Positions 1-9,872 of a stretch of 58,011 nucleotides of DNA are shown one piece after another. Within the stretch, counting starts at the first letter, position 1. Each line of letters opens with the position of its first letter. The translations under genes were made by a program, and so were the position numbers. This DNA is from Vallitaleaceae bacterium (lineage in GTDB: Bacteria; Bacillota; Clostridia; Lachnospirales; Vallitaleaceae), in assembly GCA_029935405.1 (NCBI GenBank), contig JAOZKH010000002.1, positions 18,122-76,132 on the forward strand, in the 5' to 3' direction. The notes under the pieces were generated by a model, which worked only from the letters and a program-made list of their open reading frames with translations, did no database searches and was not told the DNA's origin.

Positions 1-1
1 T

Positions 2-352
2 AAAACAACTAGGCATAAGCATAGTGACCATAAAACTAGTAATCATAAAACTAGTAATCATAAAACTAGTAATCATAAAACTAGTGAGCATAAAACTAGT
101 AGTCATAAAAGTAATGATTATGAAAAGAAACAATATAGTGCATCTAAATCTCATGAAAATCACAAATATAGTAGTGAACATAAGGCGAAAACACACTATG
201 TTGAGCCAAAAGGCACAATAAATCAACCTACCAAATCAAAACCGACTCCAAAAAGAGATATTGACTATAGAGAAGAAGCTAAGAAATTATTGGCAACCAA
301 TAAAAAACCAACATTTTTACAAAAAGTTACAACCATGTTTAGAGGTAAATAA
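2..352 (+). CDS. 3' end of a CDS truncated by the window edge; low-complexity His/Lys/Ser-rich tail ending in an amphipathic helix (possibly a DEAD-box helicase tail)
   Basis: Frame +2 is open from base 2 to TAA at 350-352: KTTRHKHSD(HKTSN)n...KKPTFLQKVTTMFRGK*. The stop lies 2 nt before the next ATG. Not in the ORF track because it has no start codon. Confidence 0.7.
   Translation, partial: KTTRHKHSDHKTSNHKTSNHKTSNHKTSEHKTSSHKSNDYEKKQYSASKSHENHKYSSEHKAKTHYVEPKGTINQPTKSKPTPKRDIDYREEAKKLLATNKKPTFLQKVTTMFRGK
29..118 (+). repeat. 15-bp tandem repeat (CATAAAACTAGTAAT), about 6 copies, coding HKTSN-type pentapeptides
   Basis: Units start at 29, 44, 59, 74, 89 and 104; the last three vary. Confidence 0.9.
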
Positions 353-354
353 TA

Positions 355-1371
355 ATGAAGTATGCATTAATGTTAAGACCAAATAATAATATCCCATATT
401 TTGAAGAAATGAAAAAGCTATGTATACATGAGATAAATCTAATGTTTAGTCGGCTAAAACTTGATCTGTTATCTTTAGAGGTGACAAAACTTGGGAGAGC
501 AACATACTTGATTGTGGAACTTGAAAATCTACTTGAAGATAAATTCTTTAAGCATATTAGTAGATTGTCTTTTTACTACTCTTTATTTGAGATTCAAGGT
601 GAAGTATTTAAACCTATTGACATACAAGAGAAACTAGCATTTGATGAAGACTTAAGTGTAAGACTTAAATATAACGGTAAAACTAATGAATCTTTTACTA
701 GGTTGCTTATTAATAGTGCATTGTATACATCCAATTATTTTAATGTAGATAAGACATTTGTTTATGATCCAATGTGCGGAAAAGGAACAACTTTATTTGA
801 AGGATTAATACAAGGCTATCAAGTATATGGTGCTGAGTTGAATAAAAAAGCGATAGATGAAATGTGGGTATATTTCAGTAGATATTTAAAAGAGGGCAAG
901 TATAAACATGAAATGATGAATGGAAAAGCTCAATTTAACGGCAAAACCCTCGGGGAAATATTTGAAGCTAAAGCTGCTAGAACTAAAGATACTTTTAAAA
1001 ATAACAGTAGTTCTATAAAAATCTTTAGAGGAGATACAACAAAAAGCAACTTGATTTTTAAGAAAAATTCAATGCATATTATTGTTACAGATTTACCGTA
1101 TGGTGTGGCACATATGGGGAAATCAGAAGAGGAATCTTCTAGAAATCTTTATAAACTATTAAATCATTCTTTTATTGCCTGGTACGAACTTTTAAAGAAA
1201 GGTGGAGCTTTAGCTTTATCTTGGAATACGTATACAAACAAAAGAGAAGATATTGTGAAACTTCTTGAAGATAATAATTATAAAGTTATGAATTCAAAGG
1301 AGTACACAAATTTCAAACATAGAGTTTCACAAGCGATTAATAGAGATATTATTGTTGCTTTAAAAATATAA
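355..1371 (+). CDS. TRM11/UPF0020-like SAM-dependent (RNA) methyltransferase
   Basis: YDPMCGKGTT motif I and TDLPYG motif IV. Confidence 0.8.
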   Translation: MKYALMLRPNNNIPYFEEMKKLCIHEINLMFSRLKLDLLSLEVTKLGRATYLIVELENLLEDKFFKHISRLSFYYSLFEIQGEVFKPIDIQEKLAFDEDLSVRLKYNGKTNESFTRLLINSALYTSNYFNVDKTFVYDPMCGKGTTLFEGLIQGYQVYGAELNKKAIDEMWVYFSRYLKEGKYKHEMMNGKAQFNGKTLGEIFEAKAARTKDTFKNNSSSIKIFRGDTTKSNLIFKKNSMHIIVTDLPYGVAHMGKSEEESSRNLYKLLNHSFIAWYELLKKGGALALSWNTYTNKREDIVKLLEDNNYKVMNSKEYTNFKHRVSQAINRDIIVALKI

Positions 1372-1428
1372 AATTTAATGGAAAACTTCATCATGAGTAA
1401 AGCTCATATGTAGTTGGTTGGAGTAATT

Positions 1429-3258
1429 ATGAATGTCTTAACTATTGAAAAAATATCTAAAAGTTATGGAATAAAAACATTGTTCAATGATTTAAGCTTA
1501 TCTATAAATGACGAAGATAAAATAGGACTTATTGGTGTGAATGGCACAGGTAAGTCCACTTTGCTTAAAATAATCCAAGGAATTGAAACTTCGGATAAGG
1601 GAGAACTAGCTTACAAAAAAGGTGTGAGAATTGAAGCACTTCATCAAACACAAGAATTTGATAATCAAGTCAATATATTAGAACAAGTTTTAAATGATGC
1701 TTCAAAAGTATCTAAAGATCAAGAGATATGGAATCTTGAGAGTCAAGCTAAAACAGTGTTAACAAAACTTGGTATACATGATTTTGAACGTAAGATTGAA
1801 AGTCTTTCAGGTGGTCAAAAAAAGAGAGTAGCTCTTGCGACAGCATTAATATCGCCATGCGATTTGCTTATCCTTGATGAGCCAACTAATCATATGGATA
1901 ATGATACGATAGATTGGCTTGAAGAGTATCTTAAGAGAAGAAAAGGTGCTCTTATTATGATTACCCATGATCGCTATTTTCTTGATAGAGTAGTTAATAA
2001 AATTTTAGAGTTAGATAAAGGTAGATTATTTGAATATCAAGGAAACTATACTAGTTTTATTGAAAAAAAAATAGAACGTATGGAAATGGAACAACGTGCA
2101 GAACAAAAAAACGAAAATTTGTTTAGACGTGAACTTGAATGGATAAAAAGAGGTGCAAAAGCTAGAAGCACCAAGCAAAAAGCACGAATTCAAAGATTTG
2201 ATGAAATAAAAGAAAGTCGTGGATTAATATTAGATGGTGAAGTGGAAATAGATGTTGCAAGTACAAGACTAGGTAATAAAACGATAGAACTTTCAAATAT
2301 AAGCAAAAGTTTTGGTGAACTAACGGTTATTAAAGATTATACGTATACCTTGCTTAAAGATGATAGAATAGGAATAATTGGAGATAATGGTATAGGAAAA
2401 TCAACGCTTCTTAATATTATTGCAGGAATACTAAAGCCTGATTTTGGAACTATTGAAGTTGGCTCGACAGTACGAGTTGGATATTTTTCCCAGGAATCAG
2501 AAGGCATGGATGAAAATCTTAAAGCTATTGACTATATTAAAGAAACAGCAGAAAATTTTGTAACACCTAAGGGTAAATATGTTGGTGCTTCAAAGTTAAT
2601 GGAAACATTTTTGTTTGATTCACAGCTACAATATACTGTTATTAATCAGTTATCAGGTGGTGAAAAAAGAAGATTATTTCTATTAAAGGTACTTATTGAT
2701 GAGCCAAATGTACTTCTTTTTGATGAACCTACTAATGACCTTGATATAGAAACCTTGAAAATATTAGAACATTATATAGATATATATGAAGGAATTGTAA
2801 TTACCGTATCTCATGATAGATATTTTTTAGATAGAACTTGTAATAGAATGTTTTCCTTTGAAGGAGAAGGTACTATTAAGGAATATATGGGAAACTACTC
2901 AGATTATCTTATAGAAAATAAAAGTAATAATCAAGCTAGAATCCTCAAAGCTACTATTGCAAATAGTGAGAATACAAATAATGAAAAAAAAACAGAGCAA
3001 AAAACAAGTAAGGTTAATTTGACAGCTAAAAATCCAAAATTAACTTTTAATGAAAAAAGGGAATTTGATATAATCGAAGACGAAATAGAAAAACTTGAAG
3101 AAAGACTTGATGAAATTGCTTTAGAAATTGAAGCAAGTACATCAGATTATACAAAGCTTCAAGAGCTCAACGATGAAAATGAAATTGTTGAGCTCAAGCT
3201 TCTAGAAAAAATGGAAAGATTTGAATACTTAAGTGACAAATATGAATTAAGTAACTAA
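1429..3258 (+). CDS. ABC-F family ATPase (Uup/YfmR-like)
   Basis: Two ABC domains (GVNGTGKST, LSGGQ, LDEPTN; GDNGIGKST, LSGGE), C-terminal coiled coil, no TM segments. ATG 1429 follows a GGAG RBS. Confidence 0.9.
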   Translation: MNVLTIEKISKSYGIKTLFNDLSLSINDEDKIGLIGVNGTGKSTLLKIIQGIETSDKGELAYKKGVRIEALHQTQEFDNQVNILEQVLNDASKVSKDQEIWNLESQAKTVLTKLGIHDFERKIESLSGGQKKRVALATALISPCDLLILDEPTNHMDNDTIDWLEEYLKRRKGALIMITHDRYFLDRVVNKILELDKGRLFEYQGNYTSFIEKKIERMEMEQRAEQKNENLFRRELEWIKRGAKARSTKQKARIQRFDEIKESRGLILDGEVEIDVASTRLGNKTIELSNISKSFGELTVIKDYTYTLLKDDRIGIIGDNGIGKSTLLNIIAGILKPDFGTIEVGSTVRVGYFSQESEGMDENLKAIDYIKETAENFVTPKGKYVGASKLMETFLFDSQLQYTVINQLSGGEKRRLFLLKVLIDEPNVLLFDEPTNDLDIETLKILEHYIDIYEGIVITVSHDRYFLDRTCNRMFSFEGEGTIKEYMGNYSDYLIENKSNNQARILKATIANSENTNNEKKTEQKTSKVNLTAKNPKLTFNEKREFDIIEDEIEKLEERLDEIALEIEASTSDYTKLQELNDENEIVELKLLEKMERFEYLSDKYELSN

Positions 3259-4208
3259 TTAAGGTTAAAGACATAGAATTTAAAAAACTTATAAATCTTA
3301 GAAATCAACTCAAAACTAGCTATTATTGCAATAATTGCAAAAATACTTCTAAAGCCTAATGCATTTGAAAAGTTTGTGAATAAATTAGAATCAAATATCA
3401 TAATGCTTATTATTATAAGACCGATACTTTCTTTAATAATATCAAATATAGCAATTGCTTTAGTCTTTTCTTGAAATACTAATATGAAAATATGATATAT
3501 AATATCTAAAAACCAACTAATACTTATAAAAATTAAATATTTTTTAAATACATCTATATTGATTCTATGTCCAAGTTCTAGAGTGCTTGTTTCGAATAGG
3601 TTTTCGGCGATGGTAATGAGAGCAGGAGAAATATTAATAAATACTAATGCAACGATAATAAAGATGATTGCAAAAATACTTTCAAAAATTGACTCCACTT
3701 TTGGAGAGACTTCAATATCTTTTAATTCATTAGGTGTCCAATCTTCATCAAGATCTATGATTTGATCTTTGTATAACCTAGTTATGATGATAAAAACTAA
3801 TGTTAAACATCCTATACTAGGAAGTATTGAATTAAATATATTAAGTAACAAGTCTAATAAACCAGTAGAAATAAAAATAGCGGTAAGTTTATTTTGGAAA
3901 AGAGTCACAATAAATTCAACACTAAACCCGAGAGATAATGCAAATAGAATTATTTTCATAATGAGAAAGTATAAATCTGTTAATCCTGTACCGATTATAA
4001 AACGATCATTTCTATATTGGTTGGCTACTTTACTAGGTGCACCGTATGCTGAAAGAAATTCTTCAACTTGTTCCTTAGTTGGATTATCTCCATACTTAGC
4101 TTCGATATTATCAAGAATAAGTGAGCGAATTTCAGATGTTATGTCTTTACGAGAATTATAGGGTAGTTTTTTTCTTATTGCATAAATGTATTGATCAACT
4201 AATTTCAA
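3255..4208 (-). CDS. Membrane protein with N-terminal HAAS-like domain, PadR-associated
   Basis: N-terminus LVDQYIYAIRKKLP...DITSEIRSLI...YGAPSKVA followed by several TM helices. TTG start at 4208 after AGGAGG, overlapping the padR stop. Confidence 0.75.
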   Translation of the reverse strand: MKLVDQYIYAIRKKLPYNSRKDITSEIRSLILDNIEAKYGDNPTKEQVEEFLSAYGAPSKVANQYRNDRFIIGTGLTDLYFLIMKIILFALSLGFSVEFIVTLFQNKLTAIFISTGLLDLLLNIFNSILPSIGCLTLVFIIITRLYKDQIIDLDEDWTPNELKDIEVSPKVESIFESIFAIIFIIVALVFINISPALITIAENLFETSTLELGHRINIDVFKKYLIFISISWFLDIIYHIFILVFQEKTKAIAIFDIIKESIGLIIISIMIFDSNLFTNFSNALGFRSIFAIIAIIASFELISKIYKFFKFYVFNLN

Positions 4209-4552
4209 TGTTGGCCTCCTTTTTGAATCATAGTATCTATTACAAATTGATTCTTTTGCCATTGTATTATCAGTTCATTAAGAACTTCTGTTCCTAAGGA
4301 ACTGATAATATAATATTTACGTGGTCTAGAACCTTCAGTGTCCCAATTACTACTTAAAAGTTCTTGTTTTTCTAAACGTCTTAATAGTGGATAAAGAGTG
4401 TTTTGCTCGACTTCGATTCCTTTTTCTTGAAGTGATTGTACAAGTGAGTAACCATAAGTTGGATTATCGACATTTAACAGAACACTTAGTACTAAAGTGC
4501 CCCTTTTTAATTCTAATAGTAAGTTATCAATGATTTTGGATTTGTCATTCAT
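4205..4552 (-). CDS. PadR-family transcriptional regulator
   Basis: ELKRGTL...YGYSL...TLYPLLRRLE...RPRKYY. ATG 4552 follows AGGAGG. Confidence 0.9.
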   Translation of the reverse strand: MNDKSKIIDNLLLELKRGTLVLSVLLNVDNPTYGYSLVQSLQEKGIEVEQNTLYPLLRRLEKQELLSSNWDTEGSRPRKYYIISSLGTEVLNELIIQWQKNQFVIDTMIQKGGQH

Positions 4553-4572
4553 TTTATTTTGCCTCCTGTGAT

Positions 4573-4605
4573 AATAGTATACTGTATGGCGCACACTATT
4601 GTCAA
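4573..4605 (-). promoter_or_regulatory. Sigma-A promoter of the padR operon with an imperfect palindrome (likely PadR operator)
   Basis: Minus strand TTGACA (4605-4600), 18 nt, TATACT (4581-4576). AATAGT...ACTATT inverted repeat at 4573-4600. Confidence 0.55.
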
Positions 4606-4686
4606 CCGTACATTAATTAATTGTGAATATTGCATAAAAACGCATGCAAATATTTGTAGGGTTTTCCTATTTATCAAAAGAAATAC

Positions 4687-4745
4687 TTGAACAAATGTTC
4701 AAAAATAATAATGTTGTTTACATATGTTCTGCGCGTTGATATAAT
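4687..4745 (+). promoter_or_regulatory. ulaA promoter with tandem SorC/DeoR-type operator pair
   Basis: TTGAACAAATGTTCAA (4687-4702) and GTTTACATATGTTCTG (4716-4731), 29 bp apart. TTTACA-17-TATAAT (4717-4745) with extended TG. Confidence 0.7.
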
Positions 4746-4803
4746 GCAATTATTAACAAAAGTCTTAACGACAAAACATTTATCGCATTGAAAGGGGTAT
4801 TAT

Positions 4804-6216
4804 ATGTTAGAACTATTTTTAAGTTTTATCAACAAATTTTTAGGCCAAGCGCCATTATTGCTTGGTACAGTAGTATTTATAGGTTATATGCTTTTGGGCA
4901 AAAAGTGGTATGAGTCACTTGCTGGATTTATTAAAACTTTTGTAGGTTTTAAAATTCTTCAAGTTGGTACAGGTGGTTTGGTAGGAACGTTTAGACCAAT
5001 TATAACAAGTTTGTCAGAGCGTTACGGTATTGAAGCATTTGTAATAGATCCATATTTTGGACAAACGTCAGCTACAGAGTTTTTGGATACAGTAGATTCA
5101 TTAGCATTTGTTGGTTACGTAATGTTAATCGCATTTGCATTTAATATTGTTTTAGTATTATTTAGAAAATACACTAAAATTCGTACTTTGTTTATTACAG
5201 GACATATTATGTATCAACAATCAGCAGTACTTCTTTGGGCAATGTATTGGGTTATTGAAGGAGTAGGCGGCAAATCTGTAAGTCCATTCTTAATAGCTGT
5301 TGTCGGTTTATTAATGGGTACTTATTGGTCAGTAATGTCAAACCTTATCATCGAAGCAACTCAAGAAGTTACTGATGGTGCAGGATTTACTATAGGTCAT
5401 CAACAAATGTTTGGTGCATGGGTAGCCTGGAAAGTGGCTGGCAAAATAGGAAATAAAGAGCATGACGTTAACAAAGTTAATACGCCTGGTTTCTTATCAA
5501 TATTAAATGATAACGTTGTTGCTAATGCATTGATTATGACAGTGTTTGTTGGAACGATTATGTTTATATTAGGCCCTGAAACTTTTGAATACAACAAAAC
5601 AAAATATTTCTTTGCAACATATGTTTGGGAAACTTGTGCTTACTTTGCAGTTTATATTACAATCCTTCTTACTGGTGTAAGAATGTTTGTTGCTGAACTT
5701 ACTGCATCATTCCAAGGTATTTCTGAAAAATTACTTAGTGGTGCTGTTCCAGCGGTTGACTGTGCTGTAACATTTGGTTTTTCACCTCAAGCTCCTTCAT
5801 ATGGTTTTATCTTTGGTTTCTTTGGTCAAATGATAGCAATATTTACACTTATATTATTAGAATCACCTGTACTTATTATTGCAGGATTTATATGTTTATT
5901 CTTTGATAATGGTACATTAGCAGTATTTGCTAATAAAGCAGGTGGTCGTAGAGCAGCAGCAATCATTCCTTTTGTAGCAGGACTTATTCAAGTATTTGGT
6001 TCAGCATTAGTTCTTACAGCTCTTAGAGGGCCAGAAGAAGTAATCGGTTGGATGGGTATGTTTGACTGGGCAACATTGTGGGCAGGTACTACATTGTTAA
6101 CTAACGTTGCTGGTATCATTGTGCCAATTCTCTTAATACCATTATTATTGATCATTCCTCAACTTCAATATAGAAGACATAAGGAAACATATTTTACAAC
6201 AATGAGAGATGAATAG
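4804..6216 (+). CDS. ulaA: PTS ascorbate-family transporter subunit IIC
   Basis: Multi-TM protein with FITGH, IGHQQ and PAVDC motifs of UlaA/SgaT. Confidence 0.88.
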   Translation: MLELFLSFINKFLGQAPLLLGTVVFIGYMLLGKKWYESLAGFIKTFVGFKILQVGTGGLVGTFRPIITSLSERYGIEAFVIDPYFGQTSATEFLDTVDSLAFVGYVMLIAFAFNIVLVLFRKYTKIRTLFITGHIMYQQSAVLLWAMYWVIEGVGGKSVSPFLIAVVGLLMGTYWSVMSNLIIEATQEVTDGAGFTIGHQQMFGAWVAWKVAGKIGNKEHDVNKVNTPGFLSILNDNVVANALIMTVFVGTIMFILGPETFEYNKTKYFFATYVWETCAYFAVYITILLTGVRMFVAELTASFQGISEKLLSGAVPAVDCAVTFGFSPQAPSYGFIFGFFGQMIAIFTLILLESPVLIIAGFICLFFDNGTLAVFANKAGGRRAAAIIPFVAGLIQVFGSALVLTALRGPEEVIGWMGMFDWATLWAGTTLLTNVAGIIVPILLIPLLLIIPQLQYRRHKETYFTTMRDE

Positions 6217-6229
6217 ATTTTAATAACTT

Positions 6230-6261
6230 AAAAGCTGCCCTTTAATAAGGGTGGCTTTTTT
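6230..6261 (+). terminator. Rho-independent terminator after ulaA
   Basis: AAAAGCTGCCCTT-TAAT-AAGGGTGGCTTTTTT. Confidence 0.8.
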
Positions 6262-6313
6262 AGTATAATTAAGATAAGAATACATAATGGGTATAGTTAC
6301 AAAATTACACTTA

Positions 6314-6372
6314 GTGCACATATGTTCAAACATAGCGATTATATTGACAAATGTTCAATAGAGATATATTAT
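6314..6372 (+). promoter_or_regulatory. Second ula promoter with tandem operator pair
   Basis: GTGCACATATGTTCAA (6314-6329) and ATTGACAAATGTTCAA (6343-6358), 29 bp apart. TTGACA-17-TATTAT (6344-6372). Confidence 0.7.
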
Positions 6373-6411
6373 ATTATTATAGAAGAGTATAATAATATTT
6401 GGAGGTATAAG

Positions 6412-6855
6412 ATGATAAAAGGATTTGAATTAACAGCAGATTATATACAATTTTTCGAAGAAGCTAAGGATTGGGAAGAAGCAGTTCAATTATCAGCCGA
6501 GCCACTACTTAATGGTGGAGAGATTCAACAATCATATATTGATGGTATGATTGAATCAGTTAAGGAACATGGACCATATATAGTTATTGCGCCTAATATT
6601 GCACTACCACATGCAAGGCCTGAAACAGGATCGTTAAAAATAGGTTATTCAATTATGAAATTAAACAAATCAGTATCCTTTCTTGAAGATGGAAGTGCAG
6701 ATGCACAGCTGTTTATAGCATTATCTTGTGTTGATGCAGATACACATTTGGAAATATTACAAGAAATAGTTACTATTTTATCAGATCAAGAAAAGCATGA
6801 TGCGATTTTTGCAGCAACAACTAAAGAAGAAATGTTGAAACTATTTAACAATTAG
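6412..6855 (+). CDS. ulaC: PTS IIA component (UlaC-like)
   Basis: GPYIVIAPNIALPHARP phospho-His motif. True start ATG 6412 after GGAGG. Confidence 0.85.
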   Translation: MIKGFELTADYIQFFEEAKDWEEAVQLSAEPLLNGGEIQQSYIDGMIESVKEHGPYIVIAPNIALPHARPETGSLKIGYSIMKLNKSVSFLEDGSADAQLFIALSCVDADTHLEILQEIVTILSDQEKHDAIFAATTKEEMLKLFNN

Positions 6856-6895
6856 TAAGACTGTATAAATAAATTATTAGGAAAGGAAAGATAGA

Positions 6896-7960
6896 ATGAG
6901 TAAAGTGAATGAAATATCACGAGAAAGCTGGATATTAAGTACGTTCCCAGAATGGGGAAATTGGTTAAATGAAGAAATCGAAGGAACAATAGTTAAACCT
7001 GGAACTTTTGCAATGTGGTGGTTAGGCTGTACTGGTATTTGGTTGAAAACAGAAGGTAATGCGAATATTTGTTTGGATTTATGGGTTAAATCAGGAAAAA
7101 GAACTCATGGAAATGGTTTGATGAGAGATCAACATCAACATCAAAGAATGATAGGTTGCAAAGCACTTCAACCAAACCTTAGAAATGTACCTGTAGTAAT
7201 AGATCCGTTTTTAATCAAAGACATCGATGCGGTAATGTCAACACATGACCATGGAGATCATATTGATGAAAATGTAGCAGCAGCTATTTGTCAAAATACT
7301 GATAACTCTGTAAAATTTATTGGACCAAAGGCTTGTGTTGAATTATGGAGAAATTGGGGAGTACCTGAAGAGAGATTAGTAACATTGGTTCCTGGTGATA
7401 CGTATAAGATTAAGGATGTTGAGATTGTAGCGTTAGAGTCATTTGATAGAACAGAATTAGTAACAGCACCTGCAGGAAAAGTTCTTAAAGATCAAATGCC
7501 ACAAGAAATGGACGAATTAGCGCTTAACTATCTATTTAAAACACTGGGTGGAAATTTATATCATAGTGGGGACTCTCATTACTCAAATTATTTTGCTAAA
7601 CATGGTAATGATCACAAAGTTGATGTAGCTTTAGGTTCGTTTGGTGAAAACCCTAGGGGAATGACAGATAAATTGACAGCTGAAGGAATATTGCGTATGG
7701 CAGAATGTTTGAAAACAGAAGTTGTTATTCCAATTCATCATGATATATGGACTAACTTTATGGCTGATCCACAAGATATTATGGTTATGTGGAATCGTAA
7801 GAAAAATAGATTGAAATATAATTTCAAACCATATATTTGGCAAGTTGGAGGAAAATTCACATGGCCAGATAATAAAGATGATATGGAATATATGTTTGAT
7901 CGTGGCTTCCATGATGCATTTGCAATGGAACCAGATTTACCGTTTAAGTCACTATTGTAA
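6896..7960 (+). CDS. ulaG: L-ascorbate-6-phosphate lactonase
   Basis: [22 protein letters not shown]-terminus and THDHGDH metallo-beta-lactamase motif. Confidence 0.95.
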   Translation: MSKVNEISRESWILSTFPEWGNWLNEEIEGTIVKPGTFAMWWLGCTGIWLKTEGNANICLDLWVKSGKRTHGNGLMRDQHQHQRMIGCKALQPNLRNVPVVIDPFLIKDIDAVMSTHDHGDHIDENVAAAICQNTDNSVKFIGPKACVELWRNWGVPEERLVTLVPGDTYKIKDVEIVALESFDRTELVTAPAGKVLKDQMPQEMDELALNYLFKTLGGNLYHSGDSHYSNYFAKHGNDHKVDVALGSFGENPRGMTDKLTAEGILRMAECLKTEVVIPIHHDIWTNFMADPQDIMVMWNRKKNRLKYNFKPYIWQVGGKFTWPDNKDDMEYMFDRGFHDAFAMEPDLPFKSLL

Positions 7961-7985
7961 TAAAAAACATACAGGAGGAATTAAA

Positions 7986-8267
7986 ATGTTAAAAGTGTTA
8001 GCAGCATGTGGTAATGGAATGGGATCAAGTTTAATCATTAAAATGAAAATCCAAAAAGTTCTTAAAGACATGGGACTTGAGTGTGATGTTCACCATGCAA
8101 GTGTTGGACAAGCAAAATCAGATGCAAGAAACTTTGATCTAGTATTGGTGTCAGAAATGTTTGTAAAAGAATTTGCAAATGCAGGTAATGCAAAAATTGT
8201 AGGGCTGATTAATCTATTGTCGGAAGAAGAAATCCGCACAAAAGTCGAAGCAGCTCTTGCAAAGTAA
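7986..8267 (+). CDS. ulaB: PTS IIB component
   Basis: ACGNGMGSS phospho-Cys loop. ATG 7986 after AGGAGG. Confidence 0.9.
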   Translation: MLKVLAACGNGMGSSLIIKMKIQKVLKDMGLECDVHHASVGQAKSDARNFDLVLVSEMFVKEFANAGNAKIVGLINLLSEEEIRTKVEAALAK

Positions 8268-8277
8268 TAGTAGTAAT

Positions 8278-9138
8278 ATGTATATATTAAAGAATAATCC
8301 TATAGGGATTTACGAAAAAGCTATTCCGAATATATATGATTGGGCGGCTAAGATTAAAATTGCTAAAGAGGCAGGTTACGATTTTATAGAGATATCTGTT
8401 GATGAAAGTGATGAACGCTTACGCCGTCTTGAGTGGAGCAAAGAAAAACGAGACTATATAAGAAAATTGCTTAATGAAAATGAGTTTTATATTAATTCAA
8501 TGTGCCTTAGTGGTCATAGAAAGTACCCATTTGGGTCTAAGAATGATATAATAAGAGCTAGAGCATACTCCATTATGGAAAAGGCTATTGAATTAGCTAT
8601 GGATTTAGGGATCCGAAACATTCAATTGGCAGGATATGATGTTTATTATGAAAAGGCAGATGAGGAAACAAAAGCCCTGTTTATTGAAGGTCTTAGGTTT
8701 GCAGTGAAAAAGGCATCAAGTGCAAACATAATGTTGTCAATTGAAATAATGGATACTGAATTTATAGGAACGATTACTAGATGTATGGAATATATTAATA
8801 TTATTAACTCACCTTGGTTACAGATTTATCCTGACTTTGGAAATTTGAGTCAATGGACTAAAACCCCTGAAGAAGAATTAGAAAAAGGTATTAACCACAT
8901 TGTAGGTATACATCTTAAAGATACTAAACCAGGAATCTTTAAATGTATACCTTTTGGGGAAGGTACTGTTGATTTTGTTAAACTTTTCAAGAAAATGGAT
9001 GAGCTTGAATTTCAAGGTCCTTTTTTAGTTGAAATGTGGGCTGATAATTCAATTTGTAATTCAATTGAAGAGAGTATAGCAATCATTAAAGAGGCTAAAG
9101 ATTGGTTAATAGAAAAGGCAGGTAAGCGGTTTGATTAA
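8278..9138 (+). CDS. ulaE: L-xylulose/L-ribulose-5-phosphate 3-epimerase
   Basis: GIYEKA, SVDESDERL, CLSGHRKYP, IQLAGYDVYY and HLKDT motifs. Confidence 0.92.
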   Translation: MYILKNNPIGIYEKAIPNIYDWAAKIKIAKEAGYDFIEISVDESDERLRRLEWSKEKRDYIRKLLNENEFYINSMCLSGHRKYPFGSKNDIIRARAYSIMEKAIELAMDLGIRNIQLAGYDVYYEKADEETKALFIEGLRFAVKKASSANIMLSIEIMDTEFIGTITRCMEYINIINSPWLQIYPDFGNLSQWTKTPEEELEKGINHIVGIHLKDTKPGIFKCIPFGEGTVDFVKLFKKMDELEFQGPFLVEMWADNSICNSIEESIAIIKEAKDWLIEKAGKRFD

Positions 9139-9841
9139 TAATAGAATTGAAAATTTGAAACAAGAAGTCTTTGAAGCAAATATAGAATTAGTAAATCAAG
9201 GATTAGTTATTTATACATGGGGAAATGTAAGTGCAATTGACAGAGAAAGCGGCTTAGTTATAATTAAACCAAGTGGAGTTGATTATGATGTGATGAAAGC
9301 TTCTGATATGGTAGTCATAGATTTAGAAGGAACTATAATTGAAGGTAAGTATAAACCATCATCAGATACACCAACACATTTGGCTATGTATAAAGAATAT
9401 GATACAATAGGAAGTGTTGTTCACACGCATTCAGAGTGGGCTACTTCTTGGGCACAAGCTAGAAGAGCAATTCCAGTGTATGGAACAACACATTCGGATT
9501 ATTTTTATGGTGATATACTTTGCACAAGAGAACTTTCAAAAGAAGAGGTAAATAAAGACTACGAGTTAAATACAGGTTTAGTTATGATTCAAACACTTAA
9601 AGAAAATAATAAAAATCCATTAGAGTTACCTGGGTTAATAATATCCAACCATGGTCCATTTAGTTGGGGTGAAACATCACAAAAAGCTGTTCACAATGCA
9701 AAGGTTTTGGATGAAATTGCAAAGATGGCATATAGAACAGAAATGCTTAATCCAAATATTCAGCCAGTTAACAAATATTTGTTAGATAAACATTATTTGA
9801 GAAAACATGGTGCAAGTGCATATTATGGACAAGTAAAGTAA
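9131..9841 (+). CDS. araD: L-ribulose-5-phosphate 4-epimerase (UlaF/AraD)
   Basis: TWGNVS, KPSGV, PSSDTPTH, HTHS and KHYLRKHG motifs. Confidence 0.92.
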   Translation: MINNRIENLKQEVFEANIELVNQGLVIYTWGNVSAIDRESGLVIIKPSGVDYDVMKASDMVVIDLEGTIIEGKYKPSSDTPTHLAMYKEYDTIGSVVHTHSEWATSWAQARRAIPVYGTTHSDYFYGDILCTRELSKEEVNKDYELNTGLVMIQTLKENNKNPLELPGLIISNHGPFSWGETSQKAVHNAKVLDEIAKMAYRTEMLNPNIQPVNKYLLDKHYLRKHGASAYYGQVK

Positions 9842-9872
9842 TGTGAATCAAGGTTTATGAAGGGATATTAAT

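Noticed and set aside
24-221. 65-aa ORF (MTIKLVIIKLVII...)
   Set aside because: Off-frame reading of the 15-bp repeat; the open frame +2 (2-352) is the more plausible CDS.
6322-8277. Extended N-termini given for ulaC (6322), ulaB (7845) and ulaE (8257)
   Set aside because: RBS positions and family N-termini favour starts at 6412, 7986 and 8278; the ulaC extension overlaps the promoter.
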